From a virus (Duplodnaviria > Caudoviricetes), in IMG/VR virus record IMGVR_UViG_3300021431_000076, positions 64,001 through 128,000 of that record: a stretch of 64,000 nt of DNA; one strand, 5' to 3'. Position numbers and translations under genes: made by a program. Shown here piece after piece: positions 19,200 through 29,351 of this stretch. The notes beneath the pieces were generated by a model. That model searched no databases. It was not told where the DNA came from and saw nothing but the letters and a program-made list of their open reading frames with translations. Position 1 is the first letter of the stretch. Each line of letters starts with the position of its first letter.

Positions 19200-19529
19200 A
19201 TGGTCTATTATTATGCTGAAAAGATAGATAATATTGTTTTAGTTACAGAATTCGTATTATCTGCTAAATCCAGTTCTTCTAAATCTTATGCTTATTATGA
19301 TAACCGTAGGTTATTATTTGAAGAAACTTTAGTATCCTCTATTAAAAATAATAAAATAGAAAGTGTGGTGAATGATATTCTTAAAAGACTTATTAAGAGG
19401 ATACTGAATGAAACCAATAAAACTTTTATTAGTGATGAATTGGTGAATAAACTGAGATGCTATATTTTAGAGACATTAGAAACAGAATTGGAGGAGAATA
19501 AACAATGGATGAAAAAGAAATCAATATAA
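19200..19529 (+). CDS. hypothetical protein
   Basis: Start re-called at ATG 19200 behind AAGGAG. Confidence 0.55.
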   Translation: MVYYYAEKIDNIVLVTEFVLSAKSSSSKSYAYYDNRRLLFEETLVSSIKNNKIESVVNDILKRLIKRILNETNKTFISDELVNKLRCYILETLETELEENKQWMKKKSI

Positions 19530-19855
19530 TCACTGGTTTTAAGGCTTTCCCAAGATTACATTTATATATGCAGACACATAGAAAGATGTGTAATGACTGT
19601 CATGTAGACTTTTTCATCATATTGAAGAATGAAAAGAGATTTCTTCACAGATTCTATTTAGTAGATGCCCTAGGATTAGGAAGATATGATCCTAATAAAC
19701 TTAAGAAGTTTATTAATTGGACTAAGGATAGTATGGTTAAGTATACTGAAACAATGTTATCGAAGAGTTCAGTCGAATTAAACTCCCAAGCATGGGATAA
19801 CATTAGTATGACCTATTATGAGGTTATATCTAAAATATGTGAGGAGAATAAGTAA
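19505..19855 (+). CDS. hypothetical protein
   Basis: GGAGGAG SD; abuts the polymerase gene. Confidence 0.6.
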   Translation: MDEKEINIITGFKAFPRLHLYMQTHRKMCNDCHVDFFIILKNEKRFLHRFYLVDALGLGRYDPNKLKKFINWTKDSMVKYTETMLSKSSVELNSQAWDNISMTYYEVISKICEENK

Positions 19856-21979
19856 ATGAATGAGGAAGTAGAATGGAAAGTTTATGAGAACACACCCAAA
19901 GGGGAATTTATTGATCGGTATAGAAAAGATATGTATGAGATATTACATAGATCTCTTCCATTACTTCAACCATTTGAGTTAGAAGAAGGGATAAACTATT
20001 CGATCAATAAATCATATCAAGGACACAATGTAGTTATAGATAATAACTATACTAAACGAAAAGCTGAAATTGACCTATTAGATTTGGGAAATCAACTCCT
20101 AGAAGGTAAGTATATAATGACTACCTCAGGAGTTTTGTTTCAGAAACATGATATGGTCAAGAATCCTTTTTATAACTTCATCCAATATTTAGTAGATAAA
20201 CGAGATGAAGCTAAGGAAAAGATGAAGACAGCTCCTGGAGGAAAAGGAAGCGAAGAATGGAAAAAGTATAACCTACAACAGCTGAACTATAAAACTTCAT
20301 GTAATGCACTTTATGGTTGCGCTGGTAATTGGAGTTCTGTATTCTATAATCTATTCTTGGCTACAGCAGTAACAGGTCAAGGAAGAGGATGTATATCAGC
20401 TTCTATAACCATGTTTGAAGGATTCTTGGCAAACAATGTTAAGTTCCATAATCTTAATGAAGTTCATACATTTATGAACAATATTTGTCAAGATCAGAAG
20501 AAACCAGAAATGCACAAATTCTATGATTATGATTGGTTGGATAGAAATGTAACTATAGAAGAAGCATTCTTAAAGATAATTCATAATTGTGATTGGCCAT
20601 TCTCTGATCTAGCAAAGAAACAGATATGGAATTACATGAATAATTTATCTCAAAGAGAACTGAATGTAATCTATTATAAGAACAATCTATATGAATTCTG
20701 TAAGAATAAAAGAGTTGTGGATTTGATCATGACTATTCTTACTAAACTTAATTCTCCATTCCTAGATCCTAATAAACCGAATGAAGAGGTTAAAGAAGAA
20801 CTAGAATTATTAAAAGAACTCTTGTTTGAGTATGTTTATTATCGTCATTTATGGATAGATAAACTTGATAGAGTTTATACTATGATGAGAGATGTTGTTC
20901 TTATAACAGATACAGATTCTTGTATTGTATCTCTAGATGAATGGTATAAATTTGTTAAGCAATATACCATTGGAGTTCCAATGACTATCAAGTATACTTA
21001 TGAAGAAATTAAGGAACATGAAAATAGAGTTATACTTGAGATGAAGAAAGCTGAGAGAGTAAATGAGTATGATTTCTATAATGATAAACTAGTAGAAGCT
21101 AAGAGACTTAAATATCCTACAGTTGTCATTGAAGAAGATAATCTTAGATACTCTATAATCAATATAATGAGTTATATTGTATCTCAGCTTATATTGGATT
21201 ACATGGTATTATTTAGTGAGAACTATAATACCTATGCTCCAAATAGAGAATGTCTCTTAATAATGAAAAATGAGTTCTTATTTAAATCAATGCTAATTAC
21301 ATCTGGTAAGAAGAATTATACTTCTCTTCAGCTAATACAAGAAGGAAAATGGATACCAGAAGATAAACAATTTGATATCAAAGGAATGCCAATCGATAAA
21401 GTAGGTATACCAGAATCTACTGCACAAAGATTGAAGAATATATTGGAATACAATATCCTTAGAACAGACTTTGTTGATCAAGTAGACATAATCAAATCTT
21501 TAGCAGCACTAGAAAAAGAGATTTATATATCTCTAGCAAATGGTGATAAAACTTATTATAAACCTGCTAGAATAAAATCTATGGGTTATTATGATAATCC
21601 ATTTATCATTCAAGGTATCAAAGCATCAATAGCGTATAATGAAATTAAGTCTAAAGACGAGGAAGCCATAGACTTAAACGAAAGAAATACTGTTTTGATA
21701 ATCAAAGTAGTACTAAATAAGAAGAATGCTGATAAGATTGCAAAAGATTTTCCAGAGCATTATATAAGATTAGCTAAGTTATTAGAAAGAAAAGAATTTA
21801 AGAATGGTCTTACTTCTATAGCTATTCCATTTAATGTTCCTACTCCTAAATGGGTTGTTCCTTTCATTGATTATACTACTATAATCCAAGATAATATTAA
21901 AGTATTTCCAGTAGAAGAACTTGGTATTAGTAGAGAAAACAATGCTACGGTTACTCATTCTAATATTGTTACTTTCTAA
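19856..21979 (+). CDS. family B DNA polymerase, C-terminal subunit (motifs B and C)
   Basis: QLNYKTSCNALYG (motif B), ITDTDS (motif C), KKNY, IKG; no exonuclease or motif A. Confidence 0.9.
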   Translation: MNEEVEWKVYENTPKGEFIDRYRKDMYEILHRSLPLLQPFELEEGINYSINKSYQGHNVVIDNNYTKRKAEIDLLDLGNQLLEGKYIMTTSGVLFQKHDMVKNPFYNFIQYLVDKRDEAKEKMKTAPGGKGSEEWKKYNLQQLNYKTSCNALYGCAGNWSSVFYNLFLATAVTGQGRGCISASITMFEGFLANNVKFHNLNEVHTFMNNICQDQKKPEMHKFYDYDWLDRNVTIEEAFLKIIHNCDWPFSDLAKKQIWNYMNNLSQRELNVIYYKNNLYEFCKNKRVVDLIMTILTKLNSPFLDPNKPNEEVKEELELLKELLFEYVYYRHLWIDKLDRVYTMMRDVVLITDTDSCIVSLDEWYKFVKQYTIGVPMTIKYTYEEIKEHENRVILEMKKAERVNEYDFYNDKLVEAKRLKYPTVVIEEDNLRYSIINIMSYIVSQLILDYMVLFSENYNTYAPNRECLLIMKNEFLFKSMLITSGKKNYTSLQLIQEGKWIPEDKQFDIKGMPIDKVGIPESTAQRLKNILEYNILRTDFVDQVDIIKSLAALEKEIYISLANGDKTYYKPARIKSMGYYDNPFIIQGIKASIAYNEIKSKDEEAIDLNERNTVLIIKVVLNKKNADKIAKDFPEHYIRLAKLLERKEFKNGLTSIAIPFNVPTPKWVVPFIDYTTIIQDNIKVFPVEELGISRENNATVTHSNIVTF

Positions 21980-22052
21980 TACAATTACCCTAGGAGATTG
22001 AATTCTCCTAGGGTAAATTTATTTTTAGTAATATACTATTTATAAGAAGGAG

Positions 22053-23582
22053 TTGATAGAGATGATACAAGAATTTGAAAAGATCATAATCGGTGGAGTA
22101 GAAACAGAAGTAAGAAGTTATGAATCAGCATTAGCAATTTATAAGAAAAGAACAGGAAGAATATTGAAAACAAAAGATTATCTTAGTGCTTTATTCTTTA
22201 ATCTAGGATTTAATATGATGCCTAAGAACTTTGATTTTATAAATAAGAAAATACCAATAGAAAATATAGAGTTCGAATCTATGATAGACTATAACAAAAC
22301 TATTCCTATATATATTCGTATGAGTACTTATGATAATACCCTATATGATCTTTTAGAAACTATAAAATTTTGGTGTAAAGGCAAAATTCATAGTGGATTG
22401 ATATTAAGTATAGAGAATACTTATAAAGATAAAGTTACTGATAAAGAAAATCTGTGGAGTAGAGAAAATAATTTTGATATCAAACGACCAGCTATAGTTT
22501 CAGAAAAAGCAAAACAATGGTATGGTAGTGATATAATAACTTCTAGATTATATAATCTAAATCCTAATATAAATGAGGATTATTTTGATAATCATATCCA
22601 GAAATTTGATACCATATGTAAAAATGTGCATATAGAAGATCCTTGGATATTATTTATAATGGCTTTAGCAGAACCAGATTCTATAATGTCGCTCATTAGA
22701 AGAGTAGAAATGGAAACTATTGAAAGAATTGGTGGTGATGAATATGTTATGAATCTATCTCCAGATATGGTGATAGATGATTTTCAAGCTGTATTTAGAT
22801 GCTATTCAAATCAGATATATCAAATTTATAGCAGTCATGGTATTCAAGGTTTAACCAATTTTGCTACTTCTGTAAATAACTCTAAGAATATATCTAGAGA
22901 ACTAGCGCAAGAGTTATATAGTGGATATGTTATTCCTGCAAATGCTTTAAATGCAGCACAAGAAGATCAATCATTTATAGATACATTTTCTATGCTTACA
23001 TTAGAACAGAAGAAAACGTATGTAGCTGATCTTGATATTAATAATAGAGAAAGAAATATCATATCTATTATATCTAGATATGTGGATATTTCTAATCTTA
23101 ATAAAATGCTTAAGAAGCATACCGTGAATGATCATGGATTATATATAGATACAATGAAAAATCTATATATTCTTATTTCCCAAATAAATATCTATATTCC
23201 AAATTATATTGCATTTCTTAGTGAAAAAATGGTATTGTCTAAGAATCTATTTATAGATAAGAATAACTTTGGTCTGTTTAATAAGAACTTTGATAATTTT
23301 ATCTTTATAGATGAGAACTATAATATCTGTATGTGTGATATAGATAAAGTAGGTAAGTTTATTAAAGACAAATATCACAAGGACGTTAGATTAGTGCCAA
23401 AAGAAGATATGGGGAATAAGAAACTGGAAAAGGAGATACCTGATTTAGTGTTTGAATATGATGAAATCATGAAGCAAGAAGAGATATCTCATCAAGTTCC
23501 AGTCTATACGGATATACTCCGTATAGATGAAATTAAGAAAGAAGATGAGACTTATGGGTTAGAAGGATTGATTGTGGAATGA
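22053..23582 (+). CDS. early hypothetical protein
   Basis: 509-aa ORF; early promoter TATACTAT at 22032-22039. Confidence 0.6.
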   Translation: MIEMIQEFEKIIIGGVETEVRSYESALAIYKKRTGRILKTKDYLSALFFNLGFNMMPKNFDFINKKIPIENIEFESMIDYNKTIPIYIRMSTYDNTLYDLLETIKFWCKGKIHSGLILSIENTYKDKVTDKENLWSRENNFDIKRPAIVSEKAKQWYGSDIITSRLYNLNPNINEDYFDNHIQKFDTICKNVHIEDPWILFIMALAEPDSIMSLIRRVEMETIERIGGDEYVMNLSPDMVIDDFQAVFRCYSNQIYQIYSSHGIQGLTNFATSVNNSKNISRELAQELYSGYVIPANALNAAQEDQSFIDTFSMLTLEQKKTYVADLDINNRERNIISIISRYVDISNLNKMLKKHTVNDHGLYIDTMKNLYILISQINIYIPNYIAFLSEKMVLSKNLFIDKNNFGLFNKNFDNFIFIDENYNICMCDIDKVGKFIKDKYHKDVRLVPKEDMGNKKLEKEIPDLVFEYDEIMKQEEISHQVPVYTDILRIDEIKKEDETYGLEGLIVE

Positions 23583-24535
23583 ATGAAAATGAAAATAAAG
23601 TGGGGGATTCTAATCCTCCACTTAAAGAAGTATGCAAGTTTACCAAATCTATATATCCTGATTTAATAACTGGATATCCAATAGAGTATTATAATATGTA
23701 TAAATATATGACTGATACTCTGATGTGGTTACATGATTCAGGTATAATAGTGACATTCAATCTATATGCATCTGGTAAAATAAAACCATCTGTTGGTACT
23801 GAAGTATATGGATTTTATCATACTAGGGAAAATAAAGATAGTGCAATAAATATCAATAGAAACTTTTCTTATTGCATTTGTATAGAAACAACCAAGCTTT
23901 TTAATAGTAATCATGGATTAACAGATTCTTGTAGAGTTACTTTATTCTCAGAAGCCTTATCTGTATTTAAGTATACAGCAGTACCTAAAATATTAGATTG
24001 GTATAATAATCCATCTAAATATATAGCTGCTAATCCTAAAGATAAAACAAAATATTCAGCTAGTTTTAAAAAGGGAATTAAAGCAGAGAATGTAACTGCA
24101 GTGCTATTAGATAAAGATAGAAAAGCTTCTATTATATTCGAAGCTTGTCCAGAAAATGATGGAGAAGGAGGAAGTACTGGTAAACTTAATATAGGATTGC
24201 ATATTGCTGATCAGTTTATTTATCTTCCCTGGAATAAAATGTTTGAGTTTATTCATATAGTAATAGATATGAATCATCAGTTATACGCATCTACTATGTT
24301 ATCATTTATAGGAATGGCTCCAGTTGGTATAGGAATGGAACCAGAATATATGGCTAAATATAGTAAATTAAAAAATCAACCAAAGAAGCTAAGTTTAAAG
24401 GATACATCTTATTTTGCAAACTTCAATAAGACTAAAACCTTAGGGGATGCTGTTAAACTTGCTAATAGTATGGTTACTAGTACTATTGAAGAAAAATTTA
24501 GAAAGGAGCATGATTTAGATGACAACAAAAAGTAG
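23579..24535 (+). CDS. hypothetical protein
   Basis: 318 aa, ATGA coupled. Confidence 0.6.
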   Translation: MNENENKVGDSNPPLKEVCKFTKSIYPDLITGYPIEYYNMYKYMTDTLMWLHDSGIIVTFNLYASGKIKPSVGTEVYGFYHTRENKDSAININRNFSYCICIETTKLFNSNHGLTDSCRVTLFSEALSVFKYTAVPKILDWYNNPSKYIAANPKDKTKYSASFKKGIKAENVTAVLLDKDRKASIIFEACPENDGEGGSTGKLNIGLHIADQFIYLPWNKMFEFIHIVIDMNHQLYASTMLSFIGMAPVGIGMEPEYMAKYSKLKNQPKKLSLKDTSYFANFNKTKTLGDAVKLANSMVTSTIEEKFRKEHDLDDNKK

Positions 24536-25547
24536 CAATGAATATATTAAATATACTAAAGAAACCATAAAGAAAGGAGCTAGAGCAGGAGTATATAATA
24601 CCAATCTTGATGTTATGGACTATAATTATTTGATAGGCGACTTTGGAGGATCAACAGTAACTTTGATCAATATAAAAACAGGTATGATTCATACTTGTAA
24701 TCCATCTGATATTTATATGCCAGGAGGCGAATCAAAGAATTATCTTGATTACGATCAAGAAGTTATGAAAGTAGGAGATAAAGTATGTTTTAGAGCAAAT
24801 GAAAGCAATGCTTTATTTGAGATTACAAAAGTCAATCCTGTAGAACAGAGTTGCAATCTTTATTCTAAAACTGGAACAAGACTTTATGATATTCCACTAA
24901 GCTATCTCAGATTTGCTTATAAAACTGATTCTGTAAAAGAAGAAGAGAGCAAAGTAATTCAATTAAATAAAAAAGTAGAGGAGAAAAAGAATATGTCTAA
25001 AACTAAGAAAGATAATGCTATCAAGAAAGCTTTTGATGAGAAACAAAAAACACTACTGAAAACAGCAGATAAGAAAAAAGAAGATGAAGGAGAGGATTTT
25101 GAGTTTGGTGATATCACTATCACAATAAAGAAGAAAGGTAAAGGTATATTGGTTAAATGTAAAGATGATATGTACTATGGAACAGCATTCATAGACAATT
25201 ATCAAGGAAATGATATGACTTCTATTGCTTCTGCTATTCAATCTGCATTTGAAAACTTCTGTGATGAAGATAGAAGAAAAAGAGTCAATATGTTTGTTCC
25301 AGAGATAGGAGAGAACTATCTTCGTTATTCTATGATTAATGAAGAAGATAAACCCAATGAATCTAAATTAGAATGGGTTAATTGGAATGGTTCTTTTAAT
25401 TGCCTTATGGATTTAGAGATAGGAAATGTATATAGAGATGGCCATGAAGCTAAATCTGATTTCTATCGTCTGAAGAATATTATGTTACAGAAGCAGAAAC
25501 AAATTATTGAGAAGCTCAATAAAGTTGATATTGACGAGGAGGAATAA
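24519..25547 (+). CDS. hypothetical protein
   Basis: 342 aa with SD. Confidence 0.6.
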   Translation: MTTKSSNEYIKYTKETIKKGARAGVYNTNLDVMDYNYLIGDFGGSTVTLINIKTGMIHTCNPSDIYMPGGESKNYLDYDQEVMKVGDKVCFRANESNALFEITKVNPVEQSCNLYSKTGTRLYDIPLSYLRFAYKTDSVKEEESKVIQLNKKVEEKKNMSKTKKDNAIKKAFDEKQKTLLKTADKKKEDEGEDFEFGDITITIKKKGKGILVKCKDDMYYGTAFIDNYQGNDMTSIASAIQSAFENFCDEDRRKRVNMFVPEIGENYLRYSMINEEDKPNESKLEWVNWNGSFNCLMDLEIGNVYRDGHEAKSDFYRLKNIMLQKQKQIIEKLNKVDIDEEE

Positions 25548-25549
25548 TC

Positions 25550-26473
25550 ATGGATAACAACGAATTCAAAATAGGGGATATTATTAAAATTTCCAATCCT
25601 ATTATTAAAAAGCATAAGAAATTCTTAAACATGGTAGGAAAAATAGTATCTTTATCAGACACTAATATTCCTGCTTTAGATGTTATCCCTACAGCATTTA
25701 TTAAATTTCCATATAATGTAAATGGAGATTTTGAATTTCTTATAGAAGAAATAGAACTTACTGATAGAAAAAATTATAACGAACCAGAGCCAGTAAAGAA
25801 ACCTGAATTTGAAGGACATAAATTCCACAAAGCTACTCAAGATGAATTGAAAGCAAATGACGTCCCTATCATTCCTGATGGAAAAGGTTTTAATAATATT
25901 AGAACTGTAAAATGGAATTTGGGAGATAATTATCCTTGGACTGAACGTGTTTATGCTGATAAGAGTGATCATCAGTTTATCAAAGATTATGTTCTTGGAA
26001 ATGTATTTCGTCCCTATAAAGAAGGAGATCCAGAGATCAATATTGATCGAGAACGATCAGTCTATAATAGAATCTACTCTTTATATAATAAACAATTAGA
26101 CTGGGCCTGGATTGAACGTAAGGTCTATAATAACCATAGACGTACTTGCTATGATAAAGCTGGTAATGCAACCTTCAAGAAAGAATGGGATATTACTAAA
26201 GTAGCTTCTGGTTGGAAAACTCAACTTGGAAATACTAAGAATATTCTCTATAGTAAGTTTGGCAAAGAAAGATTCTATTATCACTTTGCTTTCTGTGGAA
26301 ATAAATTCCGTATTGTTAAAGTTCTCTTCCCAATTGAGCAGGATAATGATATTGTTTTCGAAAGAGCTTGTATGGACTATGCTCTTGGCAATTTCTTTAT
26401 CAGCAAAAAGGATGCTAAACGTAGTCTCATGTTCCAGAAGATTAAGACCTTCTTCAAGTATGATGAAATCTAA
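25550..26473 (+). CDS. hypothetical protein
   Basis: 307 aa, strong SD, SH3-like FKIGDIIK start. Confidence 0.6.
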   Translation: MDNNEFKIGDIIKISNPIIKKHKKFLNMVGKIVSLSDTNIPALDVIPTAFIKFPYNVNGDFEFLIEEIELTDRKNYNEPEPVKKPEFEGHKFHKATQDELKANDVPIIPDGKGFNNIRTVKWNLGDNYPWTERVYADKSDHQFIKDYVLGNVFRPYKEGDPEINIDRERSVYNRIYSLYNKQLDWAWIERKVYNNHRRTCYDKAGNATFKKEWDITKVASGWKTQLGNTKNILYSKFGKERFYYHFAFCGNKFRIVKVLFPIEQDNDIVFERACMDYALGNFFISKKDAKRSLMFQKIKTFFKYDEI

Positions 26474-26496
26474 AAATATAATGTGGACATTATAGT

Positions 26497-26570
26497 ATCC
26501 AAGCTAACCTTTACTTTGCCATAGTAAAAGCCCACCCTGTAGCCTTAATTGGCTACAGGGTAAATTTTTT
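26497..26570 (+). ncRNA. putative ~70-nt late small RNA
   Basis: GACA-ttatag-TA promoter 26486-26497; hairpin with loop UUGCCAU; terminator 26534-26570. Confidence 0.3.
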
Positions 26571-27342
26571 AATTTATCGTAAGCATAACTGGTTGATTTC
26601 TATTAGAAGCAGATACATAAGAAGATTTAAGCTCTTCTATTATCTGGTCTCTTTGTCTTGCTTTTTCTTCCAGAGAAGCAAGTTTTAAATCTATGTTGCT
26701 GAAGGTTGTTTCAAGATTATCATACATTTTTAGTTGTTCATATAAAAATGTAGCAACATCTGCTATTGCTAGTTGTTCAAATGTTTCCATTTGTGTAGGT
26801 GGAATAGTCATTAAATTATCAGCATGTTTTACTAAGAGATTAATTGGAATCTCTTGATTTTTAGGTAAGAAGTTAGAGTTTATAATAGCATTAAGCTTAA
26901 TCTTATTAGGTGGAATGTAATCTAGATAGATACCATTACTAAAAATAGATACATGATCTGCTACCATCTGAGTATCAATAACTGTATCTACGTCAAATCC
27001 AGTAGTACACATATCATAAGCATTAATAGATCCTGCTCCATATAATAGACCAGGATATCCTAAAGAGAATGCTCTCCAGTCTATATCTTGTATTCCCAAT
27101 ATAGTCATATGATCACATATAGATTCATCTATTAGATAGTATTTGCCTTTTCTATTCTGTGGTCCTAATATATAGGGAAACTTATTAGGAAAGAATCTAC
27201 TAAAAGTATCTAAAGTTTCATTACAGATTACCTCTTCAGCCCATTTATCTTTAGACATGTATTCTGGCAAGTTAAGTTGTTTGGTTCCTAAACGACGCTC
27301 TATCTTATTAAGAAGGAGAGTCATTGAATTAGCCATTGTCAT
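26569..27342 (-). CDS. neck/head-completion protein (T4 gp13-like)
   Basis: N-terminal KIERRLG resembles gp13 ILRRLG; late promoter 27373-27361. Confidence 0.55.
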   Translation of the reverse strand: MTMANSMTLLLNKIERRLGTKQLNLPEYMSKDKWAEEVICNETLDTFSRFFPNKFPYILGPQNRKGKYYLIDESICDHMTILGIQDIDWRAFSLGYPGLLYGAGSINAYDMCTTGFDVDTVIDTQMVADHVSIFSNGIYLDYIPPNKIKLNAIINSNFLPKNQEIPINLLVKHADNLMTIPPTQMETFEQLAIADVATFLYEQLKMYDNLETTFSNIDLKLASLEEKARQRDQIIEELKSSYVSASNRNQPVMLTIN

Positions 27343-27382
27343 GATATATCCTCCTCTCTATTAAATGATTGTCGAGGAGTAC

Positions 27383-27405
27383 AAAAAAGAACCCCGAAGG
27401 GTTCT
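27383..27405 (-). terminator. repeated intrinsic terminator AGAACCCTTCGGGGTTCTTTTTT
   Basis: Identical copies at 27896-27918 and 28606-28628. Confidence 0.85.
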
Positions 27406-27413
27406 AAGAATTA

Positions 27414-27797
27414 TCACTTACTCTGTGCTTCTTCGTATTTAGCACGAGCAATAATAAGTTCCATAATACCTACACAGTCAGGACGTGCATCCTCGTCCTG
27501 TAAAATCTCTTTCGAGATTACTGTGTTACGAGAACTGAGCATATGGATTGCATCTTCAGTTCTCTTAAATTTATATCCCTTATTTTTTAAATAAGTGATA
27601 TACTGTTGGAGTTCTTTCTTAGCGGGATGATCTTTGATCGTCCCTTTCCATGCAGCTACAGCATACATGAAATAAGTACGGATCTTTCTCTCTTTTTCGA
27701 GAGAATCCTCATACCCGTGTTTGCGGAATTTGCGGTTGAGCACTTCTTTCTGTGCCCAGATGTATTCCTCGCCTAGGTTGAAGTTAAAGAATGCCAT
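27414..27797 (-). CDS. early cassette protein, paralog of 28643-28999
   Basis: Start re-called behind AAGGAGG; shares AxAxWKGxxKDHPA...YLKxxGY. Confidence 0.7.
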   Translation of the reverse strand: MAFFNFNLGEEYIWAQKEVLNRKFRKHGYEDSLEKERKIRTYFMYAVAAWKGTIKDHPAKKELQQYITYLKNKGYKFKRTEDAIHMLSSRNTVISKEILQDEDARPDCVGIMELIIARAKYEEAQSK

Positions 27798-27924
27798 GAT
27801 AAAGTCCTCCTTTCTTTTTAACATGAGCTCACCACCATGATGAGTCTCTGACTTTATCACGGCTATAATATACATTTGAAATTTTAAACAAATACAAAAA
27901 AGAACCCCGAAGGGTTCTAAAACA

Positions 27925-28545
27925 TTATGCTATAATCTCTCCAAAATCTTTCATAAATTTTCTATATTCTTTTTCATCAGCAATTAGTATATACAATAAA
28001 CCCATTCTATAAACTTGATCTATTTCTCTACGAGTTTCAATTTCAGATTTGATTCTAGTAATAAGTTTTTTAACAGATATTTTTGTGCTTGGTTGAGATT
28101 TTATAGAGGCTGGTATAAAGGAATCAGTATCATTAAATAAATGATCCAGTTGCTTAATCATATCACTAAGACTATCATAATGAGCAGATTCTATGCAGAA
28201 TGAATATTGATCATATCCATATTTCTCATATTTCTTTGCAACATCATTTAAATCCTTATAACCTAATTTCTTAGCTTGTTTATCAAACTTAGGATTTAAA
28301 CCAGTAAATTCTGTTTTATTCCAAATATCTAATTTTTTGATCCATTGCATCCTCATTTCTAATTCAAATAAATCTTCACACACGGGAGCATAGAATTCAG
28401 CATAATCTTTATGAACTCCATAATGTAAAGATAAGTCTTTAAAAGACTTATAACCTTTTTCTTTAAGCTCTTTATATATCTTCTTCTTATATTTCTCTTT
28501 TTCCTCCACAGATCTTTTTACAGTTTTTCTTTTCATTCGTTCCAT
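27925..28545 (-). CDS. early cassette hypothetical protein
   Basis: Start re-called (MERMKRK) behind GAGGAG; own promoter and terminator. Confidence 0.65.
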   Translation of the reverse strand: MERMKRKTVKRSVEEKEKYKKKIYKELKEKGYKSFKDLSLHYGVHKDYAEFYAPVCEDLFELEMRMQWIKKLDIWNKTEFTGLNPKFDKQAKKLGYKDLNDVAKKYEKYGYDQYSFCIESAHYDSLSDMIKQLDHLFNDTDSFIPASIKSQPSTKISVKKLITRIKSEIETRREIDQVYRMGLLYILIADEKEYRKFMKDFGEIIA

Positions 28546-28642
28546 TTTATCTCTCCTCTTTATAAACAATTCATTATATACTTCATACTTATAATATATA
28601 AATATAAAAAAGAACCCCGAAGGGTTCTGTAGAATTACCATT

Positions 28643-28999
28643 TCAAAATGCTAATATTACGCTTGTTGGGAAAGCATCAGCATCCTCTAATATTTCTTTA
28701 CCAAGTCTTACTTTATCTGGAGTATAAAGAAATACTTTGGATTCTGTTATTTGACATCTGTATCCCCTTTCTTTTAAGTACTTAGCACAATCCTCAAGAA
28801 TTGGTTGCGCAGGATGATCCTTAAAAGAACCTTTCCAGCCTGCCATAGCATGCAGGAAATATTTGGATACCAGTTCTCTATTCTCTTTTGTATCATTTTC
28901 TGCACATAACAATACATTGCAAAGTAATCTACACTGAAGATATATATACCTTGCATTTTTATGATGGAAATTAAAAAAGCATCCATCCATTATAATCAT
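28643..28999 (-). CDS. early cassette protein, paralog of 27414-27797
   Basis: AMAGWKGSFKDHPA; own promoter and terminator. Confidence 0.7.
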   Translation of the reverse strand: MIIMDGCFFNFHHKNARYIYLQCRLLCNVLLCAENDTKENRELVSKYFLHAMAGWKGSFKDHPAQPILEDCAKYLKERGYRCQITESKVFLYTPDKVRLGKEILEDADAFPTSVILAF

Positions 29000-29096
29000 C
29001 TCCTTTCACATCAATAATATATATTAAAAAACCCCATGTGCTACAGATTCTATACTGCATGCTTTGCCATCATGGGTAATGGGTTATTGGCAAGCA

Positions 29097-29276
29097 TTAT
29101 TCGTCATCACCATAATCACATTCATGCGATTCAGTGTAATCGAATATTGCTTTTACGGGAATGCCATTCTCATCACATTCGTAACGAGAGACAATTTCAC
29201 CGCAAGAAGTACACTTGGAGATCATATCTCCCCATCCGTGCACTCCGCCAGTGTATTCACTGGTGGTGAAAGTCAT
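29097..29276 (-). CDS. small acidic Cys-containing early protein
   Basis: AAGGAGGTGA SD, CTSC motif, promoter 29299-29306. Confidence 0.6.
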   Translation of the reverse strand: MTFTTSEYTGGVHGWGDMISKCTSCGEIVSRYECDENGIPVKAIFDYTESHECDYGDDE

Positions 29277-29351
29277 ATTATCACCTCCTTTCATATCTAT
29301 AATATATAATTAAAAACTATAAAAAAGACTAGGGGATTTCTCCCCTAGTCT

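Noticed and set aside
27383-28628. Three identical 23-nt palindromic repeats as a possible CRISPR array
   Set aside because: Spacing is 500-700 bp with whole genes between them, each has a U-tail, and no cas genes are present. They are terminators.
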